A DNA stretch of 64,000 nt, taken from assembly GCF_013085545.1 (NCBI RefSeq), contig NZ_CP039543.1, positions 2,633,322 to 2,697,321 on the forward strand. The letters are read 5' to 3'. Origin of the DNA: Oceanidesulfovibrio marinus (GTDB taxonomy: Bacteria; Desulfobacterota; Desulfovibrionia; Desulfovibrionales; Desulfovibrionaceae). Shown in pieces: positions 41,149 to 52,115 of the stretch; position 1 is the stretch's first letter, and every line of letters starts with the position of its first letter. The position numbers were made by a program, and so were the translations under genes. The notes under the pieces were generated by a model, which saw only the letters and a list, made by a program, of their open reading frames with translations, made no database searches and was not told the DNA's origin.

Positions 41149-42225
41149 ATGCAACAATCCCAACGCACCAGCACTCATGGCGTCGTCATCTTTGCCTGCG
41201 CGCTTTTCATCCCCATCGCCTGCGTCTTCATCCTCACCTACTGGCGCGCCATCTTCATGCCCATCGTGCTGGCCGTGATGGTCTGGTACCTGATCAACGC
41301 CATGGCCCACGCCTACACCCGGGTCCCCTTTCCCATCTTCCGCCACAGCAAGAAGCTGGGTCTGCTGCTCTCCATCTGCACCGTCTTCCTGGTGGGGCTG
41401 GGCCTGTTCCAGCTCACCATGCAGAGCATCGGCGCGGCCGAGGCGCTCTACCCGACCTATGAGCAAAAGCTGGACGCCCTGCTGGTGGGTATTTCCACAC
41501 AGCTCCACCTGGAAAAGACCCTGAACATCTCCCAGCTCCTCGACCGCCTGGACCTCAGCTCCGTCGCCTCGTTCATAGCCTCCAGAACGGCGGGCATCGT
41601 CTTCACCCTGCTCATGGTCTTCTTCTACGTCATCTTCCTGCTCATGCAGCAGCGCTACTTCCACGACAAGGTCGCGCTGATCGTGGGCTCTGAGGAGCGG
41701 GCAGCCTCGGTGGACATCGTCTTCCGCAAGATCAACAAGGAGATACGGACCTACATCGGCGTGATGGCCTTTCTGGCCGTGATCACCGGCCTGTTCACCT
41801 TTGTCGTGCTCTGGTGGCTGGGCATGGACTTCGCCGTGCTGCTCTCGGTGGTTGTGGCGCTGTTCAGCTTCATCCCAACCCTGGGCACGGCCTTCGGCAT
41901 TGTGGTGCCGTCGCTCATGGCGCTTTTGCAGTTCGATTCCTACTCTCCGTTCTTCGTGGTGGTCATCTCCCTGGGAACCATGCAGATCGTGTTCAACAAC
42001 TACCTGCAACCCAAGCTCATGGGCCGCTCCATGAACCTCAGCCCGTTCCTCATTCTCGTCTCCCTGGCCGTGTGGGGCTGGATCTGGGGGATCACGGGCG
42101 CAGTGCTCTGCATCCCCATAACCGTGTCGCTGATGATCGTGTTCGCGCAGTTTGAGACCACCAGGCCCATCGCCGTGCTGCTTTCCATGGACGGCAAGCT
42201 GGACGCGGGCCAGTCCGAGCCCTGA
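41149..42225 (+). CDS. AI-2E family transporter (PerM/YhhT-like)
   Basis: Start re-assigned to ATG 41149. 358 aa, about 8 TM, conserved GLF..IP.LG and C-terminal motifs of the AI-2E family. Confidence 0.8.
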   Translation: MQQSQRTSTHGVVIFACALFIPIACVFILTYWRAIFMPIVLAVMVWYLINAMAHAYTRVPFPIFRHSKKLGLLLSICTVFLVGLGLFQLTMQSIGAAEALYPTYEQKLDALLVGISTQLHLEKTLNISQLLDRLDLSSVASFIASRTAGIVFTLLMVFFYVIFLLMQQRYFHDKVALIVGSEERAASVDIVFRKINKEIRTYIGVMAFLAVITGLFTFVVLWWLGMDFAVLLSVVVALFSFIPTLGTAFGIVVPSLMALLQFDSYSPFFVVVISLGTMQIVFNNYLQPKLMGRSMNLSPFLILVSLAVWGWIWGITGAVLCIPITVSLMIVFAQFETTRPIAVLLSMDGKLDAGQSEP

Positions 42226-42381
42226 TACTCGTCGCGGCCGTTCTCCGGCCGCCTTCCTCCCCTTCCCCAGGTCTGAGCCTATCTTTGCATCCGGGCCGCG
42301 CTCCCTTGCCGTGGCCCGGCGCAACGTTTACCGTGCCGCCGTAGCCGCCCTTGCGCAGGGCGCCAACGCTTAACGGACCGT

Positions 42382-44160
42382 ATGGACCGGCGCATCGATC
42401 CTCCTTTCTGGAGTCAACCCCCAACCAGAAGGACTCCCGTGAAACACCTTGTCTCTTTTCTTCTCGTTTTCCTGCTCGCAGCGCCTTCGGCCCTGGCCTG
42501 CACCACCACCATCACCGGCAAGGACGCCTCTGCCGACGGCTCGGTGCTGGTCTCCCACTCGGACGACGGGCTCTCCGACGCGCGCATGGTCTATGTGCCG
42601 CCCATGGATCACAAACCCGGCTCCAAGCGGGCGGTCTTCTACTCCCACGACGCCCTGGGCTTCAAGCCGGAGTGGGGCGGCACCGAGACCCAGCGGCTGG
42701 TCACGGACACCCGCGGCCCCGGCTACACCAATCCGAAGCTCGCACAGAGCGTTCCCCTGGGCTACATCCCCCAGGTGGCTCACACCTACGGCTACTTCGA
42801 CGCCAACTACGGCCTGGTCAACGAGCACGGCCTGGCCATAGGCGAGTGCACGGACAAGGCCAAGGTCCATCCCCAGCCTGATCCGGACAAACGCATCTTC
42901 TACTCGGCCGAGCTCTCCCGCGTGGCCCTGGAGCGCTGCACCACGGCGCGCGAGGCCGTGGAGCTCATGGGCCAGCTCATCGAGCAGTACGGCTACTACG
43001 GCACGGGCGAGACCCTGCTGGTGGCGGACAAAGACGAGGGCTGGGTCTTCGAGATGTGTGGCTACGACATGGAGGGCGCCGGCGGCGTCTGGGTTGCCCA
43101 GCGTGTGCCGGATGACGGCTTTTTCGTGGCGGCCAACGAGTTCCGCATCCGCAAGATTCGCAAGGACGCGCCGGACATGCTCTACTCCAAGAACGTCTTC
43201 GACATCGCCCGGAAGAAAGGCTGGTGGAAGCCGGCGGACGGCGCCCTGGACTGGGCAAAGACATACAGCGGCGGCGAGTTCCACCACCCCTACTACTCCC
43301 TGCGCCGGGTCTGGCGGGCGCAGTCTCTGGTTGCCCCTTCGCTGAAGCTGCCCGCCTGGGTGGACGGCCCATTCACCACCGCCTACCCCTTTGCCATCAC
43401 ACCCGACCAGAAGCTGGACGTGGAGGACATCGCGGCCATCCACCGCGACAACTACGAGGGCACGGAGTTCGACCTGACCAAGGGTCTGGCCGCCGGCCCC
43501 TTCGGCAATCCCAACCGCTTCGAGGGCCATGGCGAGGCCGTGTCCGACGGCAGCCTCTCTTCGGTCAAGGGCGCCTTTGAGCGGCCGCTGAACATTTACC
43601 GCTGTGTGTACTCCTACGTGACCCAGTGCCGCGGCACCATGCCGGCCGGCATCGGCACGGTAATCTGGTTTGCGCCGGACCGCCCGGCCACGGCCGTGCT
43701 CATGCCCTTCTACGCCGGCGCGCTGAACCTGCCGGAAAGCGTGCAGACGGCCGACGCCCTGGTCTACAACGAGAAGAGCATGTGGACCGCGTTCAACTAC
43801 GTGGCCAACTACGCCATGCTCAAGTACTCCTACATGATCAAGGATATCCACGCCCTGCGCGATACGTTCGAGGCCGCCGCCCTGGGAGGGCAGAAGGAGC
43901 TGGAGGCAAAAGCCGCGGCGCTGTGGAACGACGGCAAGGAGCACGAGGCCCAAGCGCTGCTCACCGAGTACTCGGACAAGAACGCCGCCAAGGTGCTCGC
44001 CGCGTGGTGGGAGCTCTCCCACGACCTCTACATCAAGTACAACGACGGCTACGTAAACACCAAGGGCGACCTGGGCGAGCCGGTGTTCTACCCGGCGTGG
44101 TGGCTCAAGAAGGTGGACTACCCGGACGGCCCCCTGCACTACGAAAAATCGGCGAACTAG
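42382..44160 (+). CDS. Secreted C69-family dipeptidase
   Basis: Signal peptide then N-terminal nucleophile Cys (LAAPSALA|CTTTI). Peptidase_C69 pattern throughout. Likely true start is GTG 42439 (AGAAGGA SD), giving VKHLVSFLLVFLL. Confidence 0.75.
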   Translation: MDRRIDPPFWSQPPTRRTPVKHLVSFLLVFLLAAPSALACTTTITGKDASADGSVLVSHSDDGLSDARMVYVPPMDHKPGSKRAVFYSHDALGFKPEWGGTETQRLVTDTRGPGYTNPKLAQSVPLGYIPQVAHTYGYFDANYGLVNEHGLAIGECTDKAKVHPQPDPDKRIFYSAELSRVALERCTTAREAVELMGQLIEQYGYYGTGETLLVADKDEGWVFEMCGYDMEGAGGVWVAQRVPDDGFFVAANEFRIRKIRKDAPDMLYSKNVFDIARKKGWWKPADGALDWAKTYSGGEFHHPYYSLRRVWRAQSLVAPSLKLPAWVDGPFTTAYPFAITPDQKLDVEDIAAIHRDNYEGTEFDLTKGLAAGPFGNPNRFEGHGEAVSDGSLSSVKGAFERPLNIYRCVYSYVTQCRGTMPAGIGTVIWFAPDRPATAVLMPFYAGALNLPESVQTADALVYNEKSMWTAFNYVANYAMLKYSYMIKDIHALRDTFEAAALGGQKELEAKAAALWNDGKEHEAQALLTEYSDKNAAKVLAAWWELSHDLYIKYNDGYVNTKGDLGEPVFYPAWWLKKVDYPDGPLHYEKSAN

Positions 44161-44168
44161 GAAGTACA

Positions 44169-44200
44169 GCGGCAGGCTCCGACCCTCCGGAGCCTGCCGC
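44169..44200. terminator. Bidirectional terminator between dipeptidase (plus) and phnW (minus)
   Basis: GCGGCAGGCTCCG-ACCCT-CGGAGCCTGCCGC 13-bp stem followed by TTTCTTTC. Confidence 0.65.
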
Positions 44201-44222
44201 TTTCTTTCAAATCCTGTGGCGA

Positions 44223-45359
44223 TCAGCTTCCGACTGTCTGCTCGCCCTGCATCTCGTCCAGAGCCTGCGCTACGGCCTTCAGCAGACCCGGCACATCCTG
44301 CGGCCCGAATTCGCCGATGGTGCCGATGCGGAATGTGGCCGCGCCAGTGACCTTGCCGGGGTAGATGACGTAGCCCATCGCCTTGAGGCGGCTGTAGAAC
44401 TCGCCGAACTCGAAAGCGCCTGTCTCCGGATAGAGAAATGACGTGATGATGGGCGATTGCAGAACGTCCGGCAGCAGCGTGCGGAAGCCCAGCTCGCGCA
44501 AGCCCTGCACCAGCAGGCGCTGGTTCTCGCTGTACCGGGCGTGCCGCGCGGCCACGCCTCCCTCGGCCTGAAGCTCGTCCAGGGCCTGGGCAAAGGCGCG
44601 CACCACGTGCGTAGGCGAGGTGAACCGCCACTTGCCGCCCTTGTCCTCCATCACCTTCCACTGCTCATAGGCGTCCAGGGAGAGCGACCGCGCCCTGCCC
44701 TCCAGCGTTTCCATCTCCGAACGCCTGGCCAGGATGAAGCCGAAGCCAGGCACGCCCTGAATGCACTTGTTCGCGCTGGATACCAGGAAGTCCGCGCCGA
44801 TGCCGGCCATATCCATGGGGATGCCGCCAAAGCTCGACATGGCGTCCACGATGTAGATGCGGCCAGCCTCCTTGACCACGCTGCCGATGGCCTCCACCGG
44901 GTTGAGCATACCGGTGGTGGTCTCGCAGTGGACCACGGCCACGTGGCTGATGGTGGGATCGTTTGCCAGCTCCTCCCGCACCACGCCCGGCTCCACGGCG
45001 TCTGTCTCGCCGAAGTCCAGCATGGTGGCCTGAATGCCGGCGCGCTCGGCGATCCGGGCCATGCGCTCACCGTAGTGGCCGTTGGCCAGCACCAGCAAAT
45101 GGCCGTCATCCGGCACGGCAGTGGTGATGCACGACTCCACGGAAAAGGTGCCGCTGCCCTGCATGAGCACGCTGGTGTAGCCGGGCGTATCCGTGGCCAG
45201 GGCCACCAGCCGGCTGCGCACTGCCTGGACGATGTCGTTGTACTCCGCGTCCCAGGTGCACCAGTCGCGGAACATGGCCGCACGCACGGACTTGCTTGTG
45301 GAGAGCGGGCCGGGCGTCAGCAACACGTAGGGGTTGTCGGGCATCAGGTTCAGGTCCAT
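44223..45359 (-). CDS. phnW: 2-aminoethylphosphonate--pyruvate transaminase
   Basis: 378 aa class-V aminotransferase. Strong collinear similarity to PhnW (LLTPGPL, DAMSSFGGIPMD, SANKCIQGVPGFGF, GKWRFTSPTH, GGVAARH). Confidence 0.9.
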   Translation of the reverse strand: MDLNLMPDNPYVLLTPGPLSTSKSVRAAMFRDWCTWDAEYNDIVQAVRSRLVALATDTPGYTSVLMQGSGTFSVESCITTAVPDDGHLLVLANGHYGERMARIAERAGIQATMLDFGETDAVEPGVVREELANDPTISHVAVVHCETTTGMLNPVEAIGSVVKEAGRIYIVDAMSSFGGIPMDMAGIGADFLVSSANKCIQGVPGFGFILARRSEMETLEGRARSLSLDAYEQWKVMEDKGGKWRFTSPTHVVRAFAQALDELQAEGGVAARHARYSENQRLLVQGLRELGFRTLLPDVLQSPIITSFLYPETGAFEFGEFYSRLKAMGYVIYPGKVTGAATFRIGTIGEFGPQDVPGLLKAVAQALDEMQGEQTVGS

Positions 45360-45376
45360 TCGGTTCGTTTCCTTTG

Positions 45377-46774
<1,398 letters not shown>

Positions 46775-46780
46775 GGCCTG

Positions 46781-47668
46781 CTACCGCACTCCGGCCAGGA
46801 TCTTGTGCGAGATGGGGCCGGCAAAGAGTGGCGTGACGCCCTTCTGCATCCTGCCCTCGATGTCGTCGATGACGATCTCCAGGTCCGCGGCCGACTCGAC
46901 CACGAAGTGCGCCCCGGCAGCAAAGAAGCGGTCCGCCACCTCGCGCATCCGCCGCCGCAGCTCAACCGGGTCCAGGGATGCAACCTCGGCCTCGCTCAGG
47001 CCCAGCTCGTTGCCCGTGCGGCACACGCCCACGGCCCACATGCCGGCGTTGCGGCCCTCCTGGATGTCGCTCACCGTGTCGCCCACCTTGACCATGGCTT
47101 CCATGGGGTAGACGTCCAGGGCCATGGCGTTCTGGTAGCACATCCACGGCCAGGGACGACCAGCCGGCGCCTCCGAAGCGCAGGTCCAGTAATCCGGCGC
47201 ATAGCCATGGGCCGCGGCCACCGGAACAAGCGCCTCCATCATGGGCAGTGTGTAGCCAGTGCAGGAGCCGATGGCCACGCCGCGGCGGCGCAGCGCATCC
47301 ATGGCCTCCACCACACCGGTGATGGGCTCGGCGTGGGAGGTGACCGCCTCGACCATCATGGGTTCGAGCAGCGCGTACACGGCATTGACGGCTTTTTCGT
47401 CCGGTTCGGTCTTGGCGGCTTCGCGCCATTTGGCGGCCACGCTGTCCAGCTTCAGCATGGCGCGCACGTGGTCGATTTTTTCCAGCCCCATGAACGGGCG
47501 GATCTCGTCGAGGGTAACGTCCACGCCGTGCTCGGCAAAGGAGCGGGCAAAGACGGCGGTGGGGCCCAGACTGCCGTGGTCAACGGCGGTGCCGGCCCAG
47601 TCCAGCACCACGGCCAGGATGGGGCCGGGGTACGGTGCGGTGTGGATGTACGGAGTGTTTTTGGTCAT
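46781..47668 (-). CDS. phnX: Phosphonoacetaldehyde hydrolase (phosphonatase)
   Basis: Start re-assigned to ATG 47668. HAD-family with the PhnX-specific AVVLDWAGT nucleophile motif and collinear similarity (..SCTGYT..GRPWPWM..). Confidence 0.9.
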   Translation of the reverse strand: MTKNTPYIHTAPYPGPILAVVLDWAGTAVDHGSLGPTAVFARSFAEHGVDVTLDEIRPFMGLEKIDHVRAMLKLDSVAAKWREAAKTEPDEKAVNAVYALLEPMMVEAVTSHAEPITGVVEAMDALRRRGVAIGSCTGYTLPMMEALVPVAAAHGYAPDYWTCASEAPAGRPWPWMCYQNAMALDVYPMEAMVKVGDTVSDIQEGRNAGMWAVGVCRTGNELGLSEAEVASLDPVELRRRMREVADRFFAAGAHFVVESAADLEIVIDDIEGRMQKGVTPLFAGPISHKILAGVR

Positions 47669-47756
47669 GGTCTTCTTTTTTGGTAAAGGATTGCTTGATA
47701 GTAAAAACGCGATATGCGCCCGCCGCGATGCGACACCGGTGCAGTCTGACCCCGCC

Positions 47757-48866
47757 CTACCCCTTGCCGCGCAGGTCCAGCTCCCCGGCAAAGTGGCAGG
47801 CCACGAAGTGCTCGGGCCGGACCTCCCGCCACTGGGGAGTCTCCTGGGCGCAGCGCTCTACGGCGTAGGGGCAGCGGGTGTGGAACCGGCATCCGGGCGG
47901 TGGATCGCTCGGGTCCGGTACTTCGCCTTCCAGGGCGATTGGTTCGAAGGGTACGTCCTCATCCACCGTGGGCACGGCGGAGAGCAAGGCATGGGTGTAT
48001 GGGTGTAGCGGTTCGAAGAAGATGGCCTCCGTGGGGGCCAGCTCCACAAGCCTGCCCACGTAGAGCACGGCCACGCGGTCCGATATCTGGGCCACCACGG
48101 AGAGGTCGTGCGCGATGAAGAGGTAGGAGACGCGCATCTCCCGCTGGAGATCGGCCAAGAGGTTGATGATCTCGGCCTGGATGGAGACGTCCAGGGCAGC
48201 CACGGACTCGTCGCAGACCACGAAGCTGGGGTTGGCCACCAGGGCGCGGGCAATGCACACGCGCTGGCGCTGCCCGCCGCTGAAGGCGTGGGGAAAACGG
48301 CGCAGGTGCTCCAGGTTGAGCTTGCACTTGGCCGCGATGCGCCGCACCCTGTCGTTGATCTCCTTGTTGGAAAGATTGCCGTTGGCCGCCTCCAGAGGCT
48401 CGGCGATGATCTCGCCGGCGGTCATGCGCGGGTTCAACGAGCCGGTGGAGCCGCCGGGATGACAGATGAGCGGCTCGGCAATGATGTCGCGCACGGTCAT
48501 CCGCGGGTTCAGGGAGCCGTACGGGTCCTGGAAGATGAGCTGCATGTGGTTGCGGAAGCGGCGCAGCTCTCTGCCCTCCAGCTTGTCCACGCGCACGGGG
48601 GAGCCGTTGGCGTGGAAGATCACCTCCCCGGCCGAGGGGTTGATGGCGCGCAGAATGGCCCGGCCGATGGTGGTCTTGCCGGAGCCGGACTCGCCCACGA
48701 GGCCGAGCGTTTCGTTGCGGCGTATAGAGAAGCTGACGCCGTCCACGGCGCGCACCGTTTTGGTGGAGCGCTTGAGGAGACCGCCGCCCTTGACCGTAAA
48801 GTGGACCTCGAGATCCTTGACCTCAATGAGTGGTTCGCGTTCAGCAGCCATGGGTGCTCTCCCCAT
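47757..48866 (-). CDS. Oligopeptide/dipeptide-type ABC transporter ATP-binding protein (OppF/DppF-like)
   Basis: 369 aa. Walker A GESGSGKTT, signature FSGGQRQRV, Walker B VVCDESVAALD, C-terminal oligo_HPY domain. Contains an in-frame 23-codon internal duplication. Confidence 0.85.
   Translation of the reverse strand: MGRAPMAAEREPLIEVKDLEVHFTVKGGGLLKRSTKTVRAVDGVSFSIRRNETLGLVGESGSGKTTIGRAILRAINPSAGEVIFHANGSPVRVDKLEGRELRRFRNHMQLIFQDPYGSLNPRMTVRDIIAEPLICHPGGSTGSLNPRMTAGEIIAEPLEAANGNLSNKEINDRVRRIAAKCKLNLEHLRRFPHAFSGGQRQRVCIARALVANPSFVVCDESVAALDVSIQAEIINLLADLQREMRVSYLFIAHDLSVVAQISDRVAVLYVGRLVELAPTEAIFFEPLHPYTHALLSAVPTVDEDVPFEPIALEGEVPDPSDPPPGCRFHTRCPYAVERCAQETPQWREVRPEHFVACHFAGELDLRGKG
48398..48540. 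repeat. Imperfect in-frame tandem duplication (about 69-75 bp x2) inside the OppF-like gene
   Basis: Unit ggctcggcgatgatctcgccggcggtcatgcgcgggttcaacgagccgg... recurs as ggctcggcaatgatgtcgcgcacggtcatccgcgggttcagggagccg... Protein shows DPYGSLNPRMTVRDIIAEPL followed by ICHPGGSTGSLNPRMTAGEIIAEPLE. Confidence 0.5.
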
Positions 48867-49875
48867 ACAGATGGCAGCGCACGCTGCTCAGCGGCGTGGC
48901 GTGGGTCTCCGCCGGCATGACCTGGTCGCAGCGGTCCTCGATGCGGTGGATGCAGCGGGTGTGGAAGGGACAGCCCTGCGGCCGCTCCAGCGGGCTGGGG
49001 ATGTCGCCGGCAATGGGCGTGAGCCTGCGCTTGAGGCTCTTCAGCGACGGAATGGCCTGAAGCAGCCCCTGGGTGTAGGGATGCTGCGGGTTCCTGATGA
49101 CCTCGCGGGCGGGCCCGCGCTCCAGGATGCGGCCCAGGTACATCACCGCGATCTCGTCGGCCACCTGGGCGATGATGGCCATGTCGTGGGTGATGAAGAT
49201 CATGGACATGTCGAACTCGTCCTGCAGCTCGCGCATGAGGTCCAGAATCTGCGCCTGGATGGTCACGTCCAGGGCCGTGGTGGGCTCGTCCGCCACCAGG
49301 ATGGATGGGTTCATGGCCAGGGTCATGGCGATCATGGCGCGCTGGCGCATGCCGCCGGAGAGCTCGTGCACGTACTGGTCGAAGCACATGGACGGGTTGA
49401 AGATGCCCACCCGCGCCAGCATGCCCTCGGCGAACTCCCGCGCCTCGGCCCGGTTCATGGAGCGGTGCAGGCGGATGGCCTCGCTCATCTGGTTGCCTAT
49501 GGTGTAGACCGGCGAGAAGGAGGCCATGGGCTCCTGGAAGATCATGCCGATCTCGCCGCCGCGGATGCGGCGCAGCGTCCTGGACCCCGGCGACAGAGAC
49601 GTGACGTCAATGGTCTTGCCGTCCTTGCGCTTCAGGGTGATGCGCGAGTCTGGCGGAATCACCGCGTTCCTGGGCAGCAGACGGATGCACGCCTTGGTGC
49701 TCACGCTCTTGCCGGAGCCGGACTCGCCTACGATGCCCAGGGTCCTGCCCTTGTACGCGGCGAAGTCGAGGTTCTCCACGGCCTGCACAACGCCCTCGTC
49801 CGTGCGGAAGGAGACGCTGAGGTTCCTGACGTCCAGAACGGGCTCGGCGGCCTGCTCGGTGGCTGTGTTCATCAT
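48841..49875 (-). CDS. Oligopeptide/dipeptide-type ABC transporter ATP-binding protein (OppD/DppD-like)
   Basis: Start ATG 49875 (MMNTATEQ). Walker A GESGSGKSV, signature LSGGMRQRA, Walker B LVADEPTTALD. Confidence 0.85.
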   Translation of the reverse strand: MMNTATEQAAEPVLDVRNLSVSFRTDEGVVQAVENLDFAAYKGRTLGIVGESGSGKSVSTKACIRLLPRNAVIPPDSRITLKRKDGKTIDVTSLSPGSRTLRRIRGGEIGMIFQEPMASFSPVYTIGNQMSEAIRLHRSMNRAEAREFAEGMLARVGIFNPSMCFDQYVHELSGGMRQRAMIAMTLAMNPSILVADEPTTALDVTIQAQILDLMRELQDEFDMSMIFITHDMAIIAQVADEIAVMYLGRILERGPAREVIRNPQHPYTQGLLQAIPSLKSLKRRLTPIAGDIPSPLERPQGCPFHTRCIHRIEDRCDQVMPAETHATPLSSVRCHLYGESTHGC

Positions 49876-49885
49876 GAAATACGCC

Positions 49886-51031
49886 TCAATCGGAAACGGT
49901 GTAGGGGTCGGCCGCATCGCGCAGGCCGTCGCCCAGAACAGTGAATGAAAGCACGGCCACGACCACGAACAGCGCCGGAATGAAGAGCCACGGCGCCTGC
50001 TCGATGGCGCGCACGTTCTGCGCGTCCTGCAGCAGGATGCCCCAGGAAACGCTGGGCGGCCGCAGGCCCAGGCCGATGAAGGAAAGCGCTGTCTCGCTGA
50101 GGATCATGTAGGGAAAGCTGATGACGAGATCGACGATGATGTAGCTGGTGAAGCTGGGCAGGAGGTGCTTGGTGATGATCCGGAACGGCGTTGCCCCGGC
50201 CAGCCTGGCCGCCAGCACGTAGTCCTCGGTGCGCTGGGAAAGCAGGTGCGAGCGGATGCGGCGGGAAAGCGTGGGCCAGCCCACCAGGCCGAACACGAGC
50301 ATCATGGCGAAGTAGACTTCCGTGTTGGACCACTCCCGCGGGAAGGCCGCGGCCAGCCCCATGTACAGAGGAATGATGGGCACCACGCGGATGACCTCGG
50401 TAATGCGCTGGATCACGTAGTCGATCCAGCCGCCGAAGTACCCGGCAATGCCGCCGATGATCAGCGCCAGCACAAAGGCCACGAGCACGCCGAGAATGCC
50501 GATGGAGAGCGATGTGGCCGAGGCGTACAGCGTGCGGGAAAAGACGTCGCGGCCGAACTCGTCCGTGCCGAAAAGGTGGACCATGCCGCCGTCCACGCCG
50601 AAGAGGTGCACGTCCCAGCCCACCAGGCCCAGAATCTCGTACGGCTCGCCCTTCACGAAAAAGCCGACATACTTGCGCGTGTCCGGGTCCACGGTGGCGA
50701 TCTTGCGTAGGGTCACGGGGTCGCGCTTGGTGGTCAGGCCGTGGATAAAGGGCTGCAGGGAGACGCCGTGGGAGTCCCAGAACGTGGGCATTTGCGGCGG
50801 GCCATATACGTAGTCGCTGTCGCGCTGGGTCACGGTGTACGGGGCGAAGAAGCCGGCGAATATTCCGGAGACCAGCATGGCGGCCAGTACCAGGGCACCG
50901 GCCATGGCCACCTTGTGCCGGCGGAAGCGCCAGAGCACGAGCTCCCACTGGGACGCCGTGTAATACTTGAGCTTCTTTTCATCCTCCCGACCTTCAATCA
51001 GGCCGGAGTCCAGAGCTATTTCGGTCGTCAT
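49886..51031 (-). CDS. Opp/Dpp-type ABC transporter permease (OppC/DppC-like)
   Basis: 381 aa, BPD_transp_1 with N-terminal extension. About 6 TM. Confidence 0.85.
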   Translation of the reverse strand: MTTEIALDSGLIEGREDEKKLKYYTASQWELVLWRFRRHKVAMAGALVLAAMLVSGIFAGFFAPYTVTQRDSDYVYGPPQMPTFWDSHGVSLQPFIHGLTTKRDPVTLRKIATVDPDTRKYVGFFVKGEPYEILGLVGWDVHLFGVDGGMVHLFGTDEFGRDVFSRTLYASATSLSIGILGVLVAFVLALIIGGIAGYFGGWIDYVIQRITEVIRVVPIIPLYMGLAAAFPREWSNTEVYFAMMLVFGLVGWPTLSRRIRSHLLSQRTEDYVLAARLAGATPFRIITKHLLPSFTSYIIVDLVISFPYMILSETALSFIGLGLRPPSVSWGILLQDAQNVRAIEQAPWLFIPALFVVVAVLSFTVLGDGLRDAADPYTVSD

Positions 51032-51035
51032 AAGC

Positions 51036-52031
51036 TTACCCTTCCTGAAGCCTGATACGCGGGTCGATGACGGCCAGCATCACATCGGAGACAAAATTCA
51101 TGACCACGATGAAGAAGGCCAGCATCAGCAGGATGGCGCCGGCCACGTACATGTCGAGATCGAGGAACGACTGGATGAGCAGCTCGCCAAGCTCTGGCAG
51201 GCCCAGCACCAGGGCCACGATAGGCAGCTCGGAGAAGATGCGGTTCACGTCGAAGCCGATGGTGCTGACCACCGGGTTGATGGCCAGCCGCGCCGGGTAC
51301 TTGACCAGAAGCCTGCGCTCCGGCAGCCCCCGCGCCCGGGCCGCGGTGACGGACAGCTTGTTCAGCTCGTCCAGCATGGTGGCGCGCACGGTCTGCAGCT
51401 GCAGGGCCGTGGCCGACCAGGCGAGCACGATGGCCGGAATAAGCAGGTGATGGAAGAGGTCCAGCGCCTTGGCCATGCTCCACGGCGCATCCTCCATGCC
51501 GTGGGAAAAGAGCCCGCCCACCGAGGTGTTGAACACCGTGACGCTGACGTAGAGCAGCGTGAGCGCGAGAAGGAAGTTGGGCAGCGCAAGGCCCAGGTAG
51601 CTAACCACAGTGAGCGAGTAGTCCGCGATGGAATGCCGTCGCACCGCGGCGTAGATGCCTATGGGGATGGAGATGACGTAGGTGAGGATGAGCGTGGTGT
51701 AGAGGATGCACAGGGTGAGCCAGAGGCGCTCGCCCACCACCTTGTTCACCGACGTCTCAAAGGCAAAGGCCTGGCCGAAGTCGCCCTTCACGACGATGTC
51801 GCCCATCCAGTGGAGGTAACGCTGCCAGGCGGGCTTATCCAGGCCGAACTGGCTGCGGATGGTCTGGATGTCCGACTCCGTGACCTTGACCCCGGTGCCC
51901 GAGTACTTGCGGAAGGCGTAGCGGTCCGCGTAGTCGCCGGGCGGCAGCTCCATGAGGAAAAAGACCATGATGGAGACGAGGAACAGGGTGATGACCATTC
52001 CCAGGATACGATTTGCCATGAACCAGAGCAC
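51036..52031 (-). CDS. Opp/Dpp-type ABC transporter permease (OppB/DppB-like)
   Basis: 331 aa, 6 TM, C-terminal permease signature. Confidence 0.85.
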   Translation of the reverse strand: MLWFMANRILGMVITLFLVSIMVFFLMELPPGDYADRYAFRKYSGTGVKVTESDIQTIRSQFGLDKPAWQRYLHWMGDIVVKGDFGQAFAFETSVNKVVGERLWLTLCILYTTLILTYVISIPIGIYAAVRRHSIADYSLTVVSYLGLALPNFLLALTLLYVSVTVFNTSVGGLFSHGMEDAPWSMAKALDLFHHLLIPAIVLAWSATALQLQTVRATMLDELNKLSVTAARARGLPERRLLVKYPARLAINPVVSTIGFDVNRIFSELPIVALVLGLPELGELLIQSFLDLDMYVAGAILLMLAFFIVVMNFVSDVMLAVIDPRIRLQEG

Positions 52032-52115
52032 GTTGCGCCTCGCTTGTACGGCTTTATCATGAGGGGGAGAGGGCCGGGGACTCGCCCTGCCCTCTCCCGT
52101 GTTTCCAACGTCCCG

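Noticed and set aside
42370-44661. 763-aa minus-strand ORF antisense to the C69 dipeptidase
   Set aside because: Opposite to a gene with a signal peptide and Cys nucleophile. Low-complexity Gly/Arg/Ala/Val composition. Artefact of high GC.
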